Shown here: one piece after another, positions 26,699-36,368 of the stretch
Numbering within the stretch: the stretch's first letter is position 1
How the letters are laid out: each line of letters starts with the position of its first letter
NCBI GenBank assembly: GCA_046734515.1
Contig: JBKPRI010000189.1
Coordinates: 1-50,670, forward strand
Length of the DNA: 50,670 nt
Origin: Candidatus Methylomirabilota bacterium
GTDB lineage: Bacteria; Methylomirabilota; Methylomirabilia; Rokubacteriales; CSP1-6
Reading direction: 5' to 3'
Notes under the pieces: model-generated
Told to the model about the DNA's origin: nothing
Seen by the model: the letters and a program-made list of their open reading frames with translations, nothing else
The model's database searches: none
Made by a program: the position numbers and the translations under genes

Positions 26699-27066
26699 CC
26701 GTCGGCGAGCGGCACGATCGCGTAGAAGCGCGGCTGGTCGCCGACGACGCGCGTGACGTGCCCGCGGCCCGTGAGATCCTCCGCCAGCACCACGTCGCCG
26801 GGACCGACGCGCGCCTTCGTCCCGTCCCCCACCTCGATCTCCGCAACGCCGGAGAGCGAGATGGAATACTGCCGCCGCGGGGCGCAGTGCCAGTCGAGCA
26901 CGTAGCCCGCCGGCGCCACGCGGAACGCGATGCCGGAGACCTTCTGCATCGCGCTCGCCTCGCCGTAGGAGCCCTCGTGGTCCTTGAACGGCTTCATGTC
27001 GAGCGTCACTTCTTCCAGGTGCGACTGCCCGTCCTTGCCGCTGTAGACACGCCAGATGGTCGGCAT
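26695..27066 (-). CDS. cupin domain protein
   Basis: This is the last 123 codons of track ORF 26695..27798: MPTIWRVYSGKDGQSHLEEV...GDVVLAEDLTGRGH... It has small beta-barrel size and pattern. The ATG overlaps the TPP-enzyme stop (ATGA). Confidence 0.65.
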   Translation of the reverse strand: MPTIWRVYSGKDGQSHLEEVTLDMKPFKDHEGSYGEASAMQKVSGIAFRVAPAGYVLDWHCAPRRQYSISLSGVAEIEVGDGTKARVGPGDVVLAEDLTGRGHVTRVVGDQPRFYAIVPLADG

Positions 27067-28790
27067 CACATCTCCCAGTCGTCGTACCAGGTGGCCTCGG
27101 CGCCGATGCCCTCGCGCGCGACGCTGACGTCGAGCAGGTAGGGCCGCCGCTGCTTGTTGACGACGTCCAGCCCGCGGCGGAGCGCCGGCTCGAGGTCCTT
27201 CAGCGTGGCGACGGTCTCGCCGTCCACGCCCTGCGACTTCGCGAGCGCGGCGTAGTCGATGGCCGGGTCGCCGAGGAACAGGCCCGGATACTTGTTGTCG
27301 CGCACCATCTTGCTGTCGGGCATCTGGTTGGCCCAGTTGTGGCGCACGACCTGGTAACTCTCGTTGTTCGACACGATGGTGAGGATCGGCGTCTTGTAGC
27401 GCGCCATCGTCCAGAACCCGCTGGCGCTGTAGCCGAGCGCCCCGTCGCCGAGGTGCAGCACCACCGGGCGCTCGTGGCCGGCGGCGATCTTGGCGCCGAT
27501 GGCGGCGCCCACGCCGAAGCCGAGCGAGCCGCCGCCGCTGCGCGTCCACGTCATGCCCTGATGGCCGAACGCGATCAGCCCCGTGCGCGCCGTCGAGCTC
27601 TCCTGCACCATCACGGTGTCGCGCGGAAGCATGTCGGCGAGCTGCGCGCCGAGGACCGCCGGGTGGATGACCGCGTCGTGCGCATGCTCGCGGACCAGCG
27701 TCTCCTCGCGCTCGATCAGCGTCTTCGCGAACGCGCGCACCTTGGCCCGCTGCTTCGCCCAGCCCTCGGCGCCCGGCCGCTTCTTGAGCGCCTCGCACAC
27801 CGCGGCCAGCGTCCCCTTCACGTCCGTCTGGGCCGCGAGATCGAGCGGGTAGTGCCGGCCCATCAGGATGGGATTGGGGCCGATCTGGAGCACGCTCGGC
27901 TCACCGACGGCGCCGTGCACGCCCTGGCAGCCGACGAGGAACAGCACGTCGGGCTTGAGCCCGGCGATCTTCTCGAAGTCCTTGGCCACCGGATAGTTGC
28001 CGCAGAAAAGCGGATGGCGATTGGGGAAGTTGACGAAGATCTGCCGGCTCGCGAAGACGGGAGCTTCCAGCAGCTCGGCGAGCTTCACGGCCTCCGCCTG
28101 CGCGCCGTCGCGCCACACGTCGTCGCCGAACATCAGCGCCGGGCACTTCGCCTCGGCCAGGCGCCTGGCGATCGCCTCGACCGTGGCCGCCCGCGCCGGC
28201 GCCGGCGGCTCGATGCGATAGCCCGCGCCCTCGCCGATCTCGACTTCGAGCCCCTCGCGGTTCAACAGCTCGGCGCTGATGGAGAGGTACACGGGCCCCG
28301 TCGGGGGCGTGGAGGCCTCGCGCAGCGCCCGCACGGTGGCGACCGGAATCGCGGCGGGATTGGCGTGCACCTGGTACGAACAGCGCGCTTCCTTCGTGAT
28401 GGGCCGCATCGACTCCGCCTGGCTGAGCCCGGGGAAGGGCGCCAGCCCCCGATAGTCCTGCAGCTCGGACGCCCAGTCGCCCGCGATGACGAGCACGGCG
28501 GAGCCGGCGACCTGCGCGTTGAAGAGCTGGCCGCTCAGCTGATGCGAGCCGCCCATCACGTGCGCGATCACCACGCCGACCTTGCCGCTGATGCGGTGAT
28601 AGCCATCGGCCATCGCGGCCACCAGCCCCTCGTGCTTGCCGATCACCAGACGCGGGTCCTCCGTCTCGGCGAGCGCGGCGAAGATGCCGGTCTCGGCGGA
28701 GCCGGGATTGGTGAACAGGTAGTCGACGCCCGCGTCCTTCAGCGTCTGCACCAGGAGCATGCCGCCCGTGCCGGTGATCGTCTTGCGCAT
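27066..28790 (-). CDS. thiamine-pyrophosphate-dependent enzyme (benzoylformate decarboxylase / acetolactate synthase-like)
   Basis: 574 aa. The N-terminus is GGMLLVQTLKDAGVDYLFTNPGSAE. The ThDP-binding motif is GDGALGYSASGFWTMARYKTPILTIVSNNESY. Confidence 0.88.
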   Translation of the reverse strand: MRKTITGTGGMLLVQTLKDAGVDYLFTNPGSAETGIFAALAETEDPRLVIGKHEGLVAAMADGYHRISGKVGVVIAHVMGGSHQLSGQLFNAQVAGSAVLVIAGDWASELQDYRGLAPFPGLSQAESMRPITKEARCSYQVHANPAAIPVATVRALREASTPPTGPVYLSISAELLNREGLEVEIGEGAGYRIEPPAPARAATVEAIARRLAEAKCPALMFGDDVWRDGAQAEAVKLAELLEAPVFASRQIFVNFPNRHPLFCGNYPVAKDFEKIAGLKPDVLFLVGCQGVHGAVGEPSVLQIGPNPILMGRHYPLDLAAQTDVKGTLAAVCEALKKRPGAEGWAKQRAKVRAFAKTLIEREETLVREHAHDAVIHPAVLGAQLADMLPRDTVMVQESSTARTGLIAFGHQGMTWTRSGGGSLGFGVGAAIGAKIAAGHERPVVLHLGDGALGYSASGFWTMARYKTPILTIVSNNESYQVVRHNWANQMPDSKMVRDNKYPGLFLGDPAIDYAALAKSQGVDGETVATLKDLEPALRRGLDVVNKQRRPYLLDVSVAREGIGAEATWYDDWEM

Positions 28791-28792
28791 GG

Positions 28793-29884
28793 CTATCTCG
28801 CTTTCTCCAGCATCGTGGAATCAGGATCGAGGCCGAGGCCCGGACCCTGCGGGACGGCGATGCGGCCGTTCCGGGGGTGAATCGCGTCGCCCAGCGGATT
28901 CTCGGCGAAGTCGCAGTAGAAGCGCTCGACCCAGGAGCCGCCGGGCATGGCCGCGATGCAGTGAATCGAGGCCAGCAGGCCGGGGCCAAAATACGCCGAA
29001 TGGGGCACGACGGTGACGCCGAACGACTCGGCCAGCGTCATCACCCGGCGCATCTCGGTGATGCCGCCGATCTTGGTGACGCTGGGCTGCGCGTACGTGA
29101 GCGCCCCCGCCTCGAAGGCGCGGCGGAAGTCCCACGCGGTGCCGTAGTTCTCCCCCGCCGCGGTGGAGAGCCCGCCGCGCGCACGCACCTCGGCGAGGCC
29201 GCCGAGATTCTCGGGCGGCCACACGGGCTCTTCCAGCCAGTGCACGTCGAGCGGCGCCATCGCCCTGGCCATCGCGATGGCCTCGGGCACCGTCCAGGGG
29301 CAGTTGGTGTCGACCATGAGCGGGATGCCCGATCCGGCGGCGTCGCGCGCGGCCTTGATCTCCGGCAGCGTGATCTCGTGGATCTTGATGTGGCGATAGC
29401 CGCGCTGGAGCGCCTGCTCCGTGTAGCGCGCGACCGCCTTGGCGTTGCCGTAGCGCAGCAGGCTCGCGTACGCGGGCAGGTCCTCGGTGCGGCTGCCGCC
29501 GAGCAGCCGGTAGAGCGGCAGACCCGCGGCCTTGCCGGCGATGTCCCAGAGCGCGATGTCGATGCCGGAGAGCGCGTAGATCGTCGGCCCGCCGCGGCCC
29601 ACGCCGTGCAGCGTGCGCTGCAGGTCGTCGGTGATGGCGGCGATCTGGCGCGCGTCGCGCCCGACGATCATCGGCCCCAGCAGCGTATCGATCGCCGCGC
29701 GCGTGGCGGGGAAGATCCGATGGCCGAACGCCTCGCCCCAGCCGCTGATCCCGGCGTCGGTATCGACGCGGACGAGGAGCATGTCGATGCTGGTGCGCGC
29801 GCGCCCGCCGAGCATCGGCGTGGCATCGCTGTCCACCTGCATCGGCAGCGTGAGGACACGCGTCTCGACCCGGGTGATCTTCAT
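28793..29884 (-). CDS. enolase-superfamily enzyme (mandelate racemase / muconate lactonizing enzyme family)
   Basis: This is the last 363 codons of track ORF 28793..31129: MKITRVETRVLTLPM...GISGWGEA...MVDTNCPW...WLEEP...AAGEN... The Asp/Glu/Glu metal ligand pattern is present. The ATG overlaps the upstream stop (ATGA). Confidence 0.88.
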   Translation of the reverse strand: MKITRVETRVLTLPMQVDSDATPMLGGRARTSIDMLLVRVDTDAGISGWGEAFGHRIFPATRAAIDTLLGPMIVGRDARQIAAITDDLQRTLHGVGRGGPTIYALSGIDIALWDIAGKAAGLPLYRLLGGSRTEDLPAYASLLRYGNAKAVARYTEQALQRGYRHIKIHEITLPEIKAARDAAGSGIPLMVDTNCPWTVPEAIAMARAMAPLDVHWLEEPVWPPENLGGLAEVRARGGLSTAAGENYGTAWDFRRAFEAGALTYAQPSVTKIGGITEMRRVMTLAESFGVTVVPHSAYFGPGLLASIHCIAAMPGGSWVERFYCDFAENPLGDAIHPRNGRIAVPQGPGLGLDPDSTMLEKAR

Positions 29885-30882
29885 CGCGCCGACTCCAGCC
29901 GCGCCCGGTAGGTCGTGAGGATCTCGGCCCCCGTCGGCCCCATGGTGCGCGCCCAGTCGGTCACCACACCCTGGCCCGCCTTGCGCAGCGCCTCGCGGTA
30001 TTCCGGCGTGAGCTCGGTCGTGATGGTGACGCCGGCCTCCCGCATGGCCTTGTAGTTGGCGGCCACCCGCGTCTTGAGCACATCCCACTGCCGCGCCTCC
30101 ACGATGGAGGCGGCCGCCAGCACCGCGCGCTGCAGGTCGTCGTCCAGCGCGTTCCAGGCATCCGCGTTCAGCGTGACGACGCTCATCGTCACCGCGTAGT
30201 CGATCTGCGTGAAGTGCTTCAGGGTCTCCATGAGGAGCTGACCGGCGCCGCCGTCGCCGGACGAGAGCACCGCGTCGAGCTGTCCGGCCTTCAGCTGCGG
30301 GATCGCGTCGGTGAACGAGATCTGCACCGGCGCGGCGCCGGCGGCCTTGAAGGCCGCCACGCCGTTGGCGTCCGCCGTGCGCACGCGCAGGCCCTGCAGC
30401 GCCTGGGCGTTGTCGATGGGCTTGTTGGCCCACAGCCCCGCCGCCGGCCACGGCGAGAGATAGAGCAGCTTCTGATTGTGCTTCTCGAGGACCGCCTCGT
30501 AGGCCGGCCGCGCGATCTGCGCCAGCACCTGCGCCTGCTCGGGGGTGGCGGCGAGGAACGGCAGCGAGGGCAGCAGGAACACGGGGTCGACCTGGCCCAG
30601 CGCACCCATGTAGGCGTTGGCCAGCGGGACCGCGTTCTTCGCGACCGCGTCCACCATCTCCCGGGACTTGAAGCCGCTGGCGGCGTCGTACTGGTTCGTG
30701 ATCTGGACGCGCGTGCCCGTGCGCTCCGAGACCTCCCTGGCAAAGCGCGCGTCGGCCTCGCCCTGGATCGAGGTGGCGGGATACTCGTTGGCCATCGTCC
30801 AGCGGACGTCCTGGCCGTGCGCGACGCCGGCCGCGAGGAGCGGCAGGAGGAGGAGCGCGAGGACGGCGACTCGTCGTGTCAT
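29881..30882 (-). CDS. TRAP-type substrate-binding protein (DctP family), no adjacent DctQM
   Basis: 333 aa with signal peptide MTRRVAVLALLLLPLLAAGVAHGQ and DctP-like length and pattern. It is the first gene of a six-gene minus-strand operon. Confidence 0.8.
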   Translation of the reverse strand: MTRRVAVLALLLLPLLAAGVAHGQDVRWTMANEYPATSIQGEADARFAREVSERTGTRVQITNQYDAASGFKSREMVDAVAKNAVPLANAYMGALGQVDPVFLLPSLPFLAATPEQAQVLAQIARPAYEAVLEKHNQKLLYLSPWPAAGLWANKPIDNAQALQGLRVRTADANGVAAFKAAGAAPVQISFTDAIPQLKAGQLDAVLSSGDGGAGQLLMETLKHFTQIDYAVTMSVVTLNADAWNALDDDLQRAVLAAASIVEARQWDVLKTRVAANYKAMREAGVTITTELTPEYREALRKAGQGVVTDWARTMGPTGAEILTTYRARLESAR

Positions 30883-30897
30883 GGGCGCCAGCGCGCA

Positions 30898-30908
30898 GGT
30901 AAGATACC
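30898..30908 (+). promoter_or_regulatory. GGTAAGATACC box (candidate -10 region TAAGAT) upstream of the PF04392-like SBP gene
   Basis: An identical 11-mer recurs at 31932-31942, and a 13/14 match recurs at 43831-43844. All copies lie upstream of plus-strand first-in-operon genes. Confidence 0.4.
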
Positions 30909-30941
30909 TGACGGCCCGCCCCGGCGCGAGGCCACCACCCG

Positions 30942-31922
30942 ATGGAACGCCGAACGCTGCTCCTGGCCCCTCTGCTCCTGCTCCTCGGCTCCCGCCCGGC
31001 CGCGGCGCAGACGGCGAGCGGGGTGCGGCGGGTCGGCGTGCTCGCCTCGAGCACGAAGGAGAGCTTCGGTGACAACATCCGCACGTTCCGGGAGGAGCTC
31101 GCCGCGCTGGGATGGGCCGAAGGCCGCAACCTGGCGATCGAAACCCGTTACGCGAGCGAGCGCTACGAGCAGCTTCCCCATCTCGCCGCCGAGCTGGTGA
31201 AGGCCAAGGTCGAGGTGATCTTCGCCATGGCGGTGCCCGCGATCCAGGCCGCGAAGCGGGAGACGACGACGATCCCCATCGTCTTCGAGACCCTCGGCGA
31301 CGCCGTCAGCACCGGGATGGTGACCAACCTCTCCCGACCGGGCGGCAACGTGACAGGCGTCTCGGGGTTCGCGCCCGAGCTGAGCAGCAAGCGCCTGGCC
31401 CTGCTCCGCGACATTCTGCCGGGCGCGACGCGGATCGCCTTGATGGCGAACCGCGGGAATCCCGCGACGGCCGTGGTGATCCGGACGACGGAGGCCGCGG
31501 CCGAGGAGCTACGCGTTCACCTCCTGGTGATCGACGTCCCGCGGACGGATGCGCTCGATGCGGCGTTCACCACCATGGTGCGCGAGCGCTGCGATGCCTT
31601 CGTGCTGGCCGCGGACCCGATGCTGTTCAGCCAGCGGCGGCGGATCGTCGAGCTGGCCATGCGACACCGGCGGCCGGGCTGTTACGAGTACCGGGACTTC
31701 GCGGAATTCGGCGGCTTGCTCTCCTATGGACCCGATCCGCATGAGCGCTTCCGGCGCGGGGCGGCGTACGTGGACCGGATCCTGCGCGGCGCCCAGCCCG
31801 GCGACCTGCCGGTGGAGCAGCCCCGCACATTCCAGCTCGTCCTGAATCTCAAAACGGCCAGGGGCCTGGGGCTGACGATCCCGCCATCGGTCCGGGTGCG
31901 GGCCGATCACGTGATCGAATGA
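30942..31922 (+). CDS. ABC transporter substrate-binding protein (PF04392-like, BMP/periplasmic-binding fold), orphan
   Basis: 326 aa with signal peptide MERRTLLLAPLLLLLGSRPAAAQ. The characteristic ..RRVGVL....F.E.L..LGW.EG.N..IE.R.A....L... and ..GGLLSYG.. motifs are present. Confidence 0.75.
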   Translation: MERRTLLLAPLLLLLGSRPAAAQTASGVRRVGVLASSTKESFGDNIRTFREELAALGWAEGRNLAIETRYASERYEQLPHLAAELVKAKVEVIFAMAVPAIQAAKRETTTIPIVFETLGDAVSTGMVTNLSRPGGNVTGVSGFAPELSSKRLALLRDILPGATRIALMANRGNPATAVVIRTTEAAAEELRVHLLVIDVPRTDALDAAFTTMVRERCDAFVLAADPMLFSQRRRIVELAMRHRRPGCYEYRDFAEFGGLLSYGPDPHERFRRGAAYVDRILRGAQPGDLPVEQPRTFQLVLNLKTARGLGLTIPPSVRVRADHVIE

Positions 31923-31931
31923 CCGATTGCC

Positions 31932-31942
31932 GGTAAGATACC
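31932..31942 (+). promoter_or_regulatory. GGTAAGATACC box; TAAGAT lies 8 nt upstream of the hydantoinase-A ATG with no SD (leaderless-type)
   Basis: The sequence is ccGGTAAGATACCggcccATG. It is the same 11-mer as at 30898-30908. Confidence 0.4.
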
Positions 31943-31947
31943 GGCCC

Positions 31948-34053
31948 ATGCCTCACATCATCGGCATCGACACCGGCGGCACCTTCACGGATTGCGTCGT
32001 GATGGACAACGACGGCCGCATCGTCACCGCCAAGGCCGCCTCCACCCCGGACGATTTTTCCGAGGGCGTGATGGAGTCGCTGCGCCTGGCCGGCGAGCGG
32101 CTGGGCATCACGACCGAGGCGCTGCTGCGCGACACCGCGCGGCTGGCGCTCGGCACCACGGTCGGCACCAACGCCATGCTGCAGCGGCGCGGCGCCAAGG
32201 TCGGCCTCATCACCACCAAGGGCCATCGCGACGTCATCCACATCATGCGCGGCGCGCGCGGCGTGCCGGGGCTCAACAACGTCCAGGTGCTCCACTTCCC
32301 CGAGAGCGGCAAGCCCGACCCGATCGTGCCCAAGCCCCTCATCGCCGAGGTGAGCGAGCGCGTGGACTGCAAGGGCCAGGTCGTCGTGGAGCTCAACGAG
32401 CAGGAGGCCGAGGCGGCCATCCGCAAGCTCGTGGCCAAGGGCGTCGAGGCCATCGCCATCTGCTTCTTGTGGTCGTTCAAGCACGCCGAGCACGAGCGGC
32501 ACGTGAAAGCCATGGCCGAGCGGCTGGCGCCGAACGTGTTCGTGTGCTGCTCGGCCGACCTCATCCCGCGCTGGGGCGAGTACGAGCGCACGGTGGCCAC
32601 GGTGCTCAACGCCTATCTCGGACCGGTGATGTCGCGCTATCTCGGGCGGCTCGAGTCGCGCGCGCAGAGCGCCGGGCTGCGCTACCCGCTGCAGGTCATG
32701 CAGTGCGGCGGCGGCGTGATTCCCGCCGACGAATCCGCTCGCCGTGCGTTCCTCACGCTCGACTCCGGGCCGGTGGCGGGCGTGCTGGCCTCGCAGTACC
32801 TGGGCTCGATCATCGGCCACAAGCACATCATCGCGACGGACATGGGCGGCACGTCGTTCGACGTCGGCCTCGTGTGGGACGGCGAGCCCGTGGCCTCGTA
32901 CCAGTCGGTCGTGCACCAGTACGAGTACTTCGTGCCGCGCATCGACATCCGCTCGATCGGCAGCGGCGGGGGCTCGATCGTCTGGGTGGACGACGTCAGC
33001 GGCACGATGCGCGTGGGCCCGATCTCGGCCGGGGCCATGCCGGGCCCGGCGTGCTACGCGCGCGGCGGCACCCAGCCCACGGTCACCGACGCCGACCTGC
33101 TGCTGGGCTACGTGGACGCCGACTATTTCCTGGGCGGCCGGCTGCGGCTCGATCGCGACAAGGCGCGCGCGGCGTTCGAGCCCATCGGCACGCGCGTGGG
33201 CATGGGGCTGGTGGAGACCGCGGCGGGCGCCGTGCGCGTGGTCGAGCACCAGATGGCGGATCTCATCCGCAAGGCGACCGTGCAGAAGGGCTACGACCCG
33301 CGCGACTGCGTGGTGTACGCCTACGGCGGGGCGGGGCCGGTACACGCCGGCGTGTACGCGCGCGAGCTGGGGGCGCAGGGCGTGGTCGTGCCGCTGGGCG
33401 GATTGTGCTCGCTGTGGTCGGCGCTGGGTGCGGCCTCGGCGGACCTGCTCCATATATATGAGGCGGTCGACATCCTGCCGAGCCCCTTCGACCCCGCGCG
33501 CGTCATGGGACACTTCACCGCGCTCGAGGCGCGGGGCCGCGAGCAGCTCCGGGTGGACGGCATCGATCCGGCGCAGGCTCGCCTCGCGCGCTCGGCCGAC
33601 ATCCGCTACAAGGGCCAGATCAACGAGGTCGAGGTGCCCGTGCCCCCGGGCCCGCTCGACGCGGCCGCGCTGACGCAGCTCATCGCGGACTTCCACCGGC
33701 GCTACGAGACCGTGTACGGACGCGGCGCCGGCTTCCACGAGGCGCGTGTGGAGATCGTGACCTATCGCGTGCGCGCCTCCGCCATCAGCGCCAAGCCGCG
33801 CATCGTGGCCGCGCGCGAGGCCGATCGCGCGCCGTCGTCGGAGGCGCGCGCAGGCACGAGGCCCGTGTACTGGTCGGAGCTGGGCGACTTCGAGGCCACG
33901 CCGGTGTTCTGGGGCGAGAAGCTGGCGCCGGGCAACGTCGTGCCGGGGCCGGCCATCATCCAGGTGCCCGACACGACGATCGTCGTGCATCCGTTCGAGA
34001 GCGCGCGGCTCGATCCCTACGGCAACGTGCTGATCGACCTGGGAGGCCGCTGA
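31948..34053 (+). CDS. hydantoinase/oxoprolinase family, A-type subunit (HyuA / acetone carboxylase beta-like)
   Basis: Track ORF 31927..34053 (TTG start) trimmed to MPHIIGIDTGGTFTDCVV.., the ASKHA-type N-terminus typical of HyuA. Length is 701 aa. Confidence 0.9.
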   Translation: MPHIIGIDTGGTFTDCVVMDNDGRIVTAKAASTPDDFSEGVMESLRLAGERLGITTEALLRDTARLALGTTVGTNAMLQRRGAKVGLITTKGHRDVIHIMRGARGVPGLNNVQVLHFPESGKPDPIVPKPLIAEVSERVDCKGQVVVELNEQEAEAAIRKLVAKGVEAIAICFLWSFKHAEHERHVKAMAERLAPNVFVCCSADLIPRWGEYERTVATVLNAYLGPVMSRYLGRLESRAQSAGLRYPLQVMQCGGGVIPADESARRAFLTLDSGPVAGVLASQYLGSIIGHKHIIATDMGGTSFDVGLVWDGEPVASYQSVVHQYEYFVPRIDIRSIGSGGGSIVWVDDVSGTMRVGPISAGAMPGPACYARGGTQPTVTDADLLLGYVDADYFLGGRLRLDRDKARAAFEPIGTRVGMGLVETAAGAVRVVEHQMADLIRKATVQKGYDPRDCVVYAYGGAGPVHAGVYARELGAQGVVVPLGGLCSLWSALGAASADLLHIYEAVDILPSPFDPARVMGHFTALEARGREQLRVDGIDPAQARLARSADIRYKGQINEVEVPVPPGPLDAAALTQLIADFHRRYETVYGRGAGFHEARVEIVTYRVRASAISAKPRIVAAREADRAPSSEARAGTRPVYWSELGDFEATPVFWGEKLAPGNVVPGPAIIQVPDTTIVVHPFESARLDPYGNVLIDLGGR

Positions 34054-34055
34054 CC

Positions 34056-35396
34056 ATGATCGGCAAGCAGGCGATCGTCGTCGGCGCCGGCATGGGCGGC
34101 CTGACCGCCGCGCAGGCGCTCGCCGCCCACTTCGAGCGCGTGACCGTGCTCGACGCCGACGTCCTGCCCGACGACACGCACGACCGCGCGGGCGTGCCGC
34201 AGGGCAAGCACGTCCACCTTCTGCTCGCCGGCGGTCTCCGGGCGCTGGGAGCGCTGTTCCCCGGCTTCGAGGGCGACCTGGCGCGTGCCGGCGCCGTGCC
34301 CATGCGCATCGGGCTCGACATCCGCGCGGAGACGCCGGCGCTCAATCCCTTCCCCCAGCGCGACCTCGGCATTCTCGGGTATGCGATGTCGCGGCCCCTG
34401 GTGGAGCTGACGGCGCGCCGCCGGGTCCAATCCAATCCCGCCATCGAGATCCGCCAGCGCTGCCGCGTGCAGGAGCTGCTGTCGGACGCGGGCGGCGCCG
34501 CCGTCACCGGCGTGCGCTACGAAGATGCCGACGGGACGATCGAGACGGCGCCCGCCGATTTCATCGTGGACGCGTCCGGACGCGGGACCTTGACACTGCG
34601 CCTGCTGGAGGCCCTCGGCCGGCCGGCGCCCGCGGAGACGACCATCGGGGTCGATCTCGCCTACGCGACGGCCGTGTTCGAGATTCCGGCCGGCGCCCCG
34701 AGCGACTGGAAAGGCGTGTTCACCCTCCCCGGCGGCGACGGCCGCGGCGGACTCATGCTGCCGCTCGAGGGCCACCGGTGGATCCTCACGGTCGCCGGCC
34801 GGCACAGTCTCAAGCCGCCGGGAGACGAGACGGGCTTCATGGAGTACGTGCGCGGACTGCGCACGAAGACCATCCACGACGCCATCACGCGCGCCAAGCG
34901 CGTCGGCGACATCACCCGCTTCGCCTTCACGGTCAGCACCCGGCGGCACTACGACGGGCTGCCGGAGTTTCCGGCCGGCCTGGTTCCGCTCGGCGATGCC
35001 GTGTGTCGCTTCAACCCCATCTACGGTCAGGGCATGAGCGTGGCCGCCCAGGAAGCCGTCGGGCTGGGCGCGCTGCTGCCGCGCCGTGCGGCGGAGCGCG
35101 ACCCGCTTGGCGGGCTGGCCGCGGAGTTCTTCGCCGAGGCCGTTCCGCTCATCGACACGCCGTGGGCCTCGGCCGTGATTCCCGACTTCATTCATCCCGA
35201 GACGCGCGGTGAGCGGCCGGCCAACTTCGAGCAGACCCTGAAGTTCGGGCTGGCGCTCGGCCGGCTCGCCGCCCAGGATCCCGACGTGCACCGCCTCACC
35301 GCCGAGGTGCAGCACCTGCTCAAGCCCCGCAGCGTCTATCAGGACCCCGCGCTCGTCCAGCGCGTACTGGCCGTGATGCGTGGAGGAACGACATGA
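34056..35396 (+). CDS. FAD-dependent oxidoreductase/monooxygenase
   Basis: 446 aa. MIGKQAIVVGAGMGGLTAAQAL contains the GxGxxG motif. ..DASGR.. and ..GDAVCRFNPIYGQGM.. are typical of flavin monooxygenases. It starts 2 nt after the hyuA-like stop. Confidence 0.85.
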   Translation: MIGKQAIVVGAGMGGLTAAQALAAHFERVTVLDADVLPDDTHDRAGVPQGKHVHLLLAGGLRALGALFPGFEGDLARAGAVPMRIGLDIRAETPALNPFPQRDLGILGYAMSRPLVELTARRRVQSNPAIEIRQRCRVQELLSDAGGAAVTGVRYEDADGTIETAPADFIVDASGRGTLTLRLLEALGRPAPAETTIGVDLAYATAVFEIPAGAPSDWKGVFTLPGGDGRGGLMLPLEGHRWILTVAGRHSLKPPGDETGFMEYVRGLRTKTIHDAITRAKRVGDITRFAFTVSTRRHYDGLPEFPAGLVPLGDAVCRFNPIYGQGMSVAAQEAVGLGALLPRRAAERDPLGGLAAEFFAEAVPLIDTPWASAVIPDFIHPETRGERPANFEQTLKFGLALGRLAAQDPDVHRLTAEVQHLLKPRSVYQDPALVQRVLAVMRGGTT

Positions 35397-36364
35397 GCGA
35401 CATCCGCCATCGCACGGTCGAGACCAATGGTCTGCGAATGCACGTGGCCGAGGCCGGCAGCGGGCCGCTCGTCGTGCTCTGCCATGGCTTCCCGGAGTCC
35501 TGGTACTCGTGGCGGCACCAGCTCGTCGCGCTCGCCGAAGCCGGCTACCGCGCGGTGGCGCCGGACATGCGCGGCTACGGTCAGACGGAGGCGCCCGAGG
35601 CGATCGAGGCCTACACGCTCCTGCACCTCGTCGGCGACATGGTGGGCGTGGTGCGCGCGCTCGGCGAGAGCCAGGCGGTGATCGCCGGCCACGACTGGGG
35701 GGCGCCCGTCGCGTGGCACGCCGCGCTGATCCGTCCGGACATCTTCCGCGGGATCATCGCGCTCAGCGTGCCGTTCCGGCCGCGCGGGGCCACGCGGCCG
35801 ACCGCGATGATGCCACAGACCGACGAGGCCGTCTTCTACCAGCTCTACTTCCAGACGCCTGGCGTCGCCGAGGCGGAGCTCGGGCGCGACCCGCGCGCCA
35901 CGATCCGGCGCCTGCTCTATACGGGCTCGGGCGACATGACCTCGCGCGAGGGCGGCGCCGGGCTGCCCGGCATGGTGCGGCGCGGTGGCGGCTTTCTCGA
36001 TCACACCGTCGATCCCTATCCGCTGCCCTCGTGGCTCACCCTCGACGACATCGACTTTTATGCGGGCGAGTACGAGCGCACGGGCTTCCGCGGCGGGCTG
36101 AACTGGTACCGCAACATCGATCGCAACTGGGAGCTGCTGGCGCCGTACGCCAACGCGCTCGTGACCGTGCCCGCCCTCTACGTCGCCGGCGACCGCGACC
36201 TGGTCGTGCGGTTCCCCGGCATGGACAAGCTCATCCCGAACCTCGCGACCTTCGTGCCCCGTCTCTCGCGCACCGTGATGCTGCCGGGCTGCGGCCACTG
36301 GACGCAGCAGGAGCGCGCGGCCGAGGTGAACGCCGCGATGCTCGAGTTCCTCAAGGGTCTGTAG
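35393..36364 (+). CDS. alpha/beta hydrolase, epoxide hydrolase-like
   Basis: 323 aa. Motifs are HGFPESWYSWRHQ, the nucleophile motif GHDWGA, and a C-terminal GCGHW. The ATG overlaps the upstream stop (ATGA). Confidence 0.9.
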   Translation: MSDIRHRTVETNGLRMHVAEAGSGPLVVLCHGFPESWYSWRHQLVALAEAGYRAVAPDMRGYGQTEAPEAIEAYTLLHLVGDMVGVVRALGESQAVIAGHDWGAPVAWHAALIRPDIFRGIIALSVPFRPRGATRPTAMMPQTDEAVFYQLYFQTPGVAEAELGRDPRATIRRLLYTGSGDMTSREGGAGLPGMVRRGGGFLDHTVDPYPLPSWLTLDDIDFYAGEYERTGFRGGLNWYRNIDRNWELLAPYANALVTVPALYVAGDRDLVVRFPGMDKLIPNLATFVPRLSRTVMLPGCGHWTQQERAAEVNAAMLEFLKGL

Positions 36365-36368
36365 CGCG

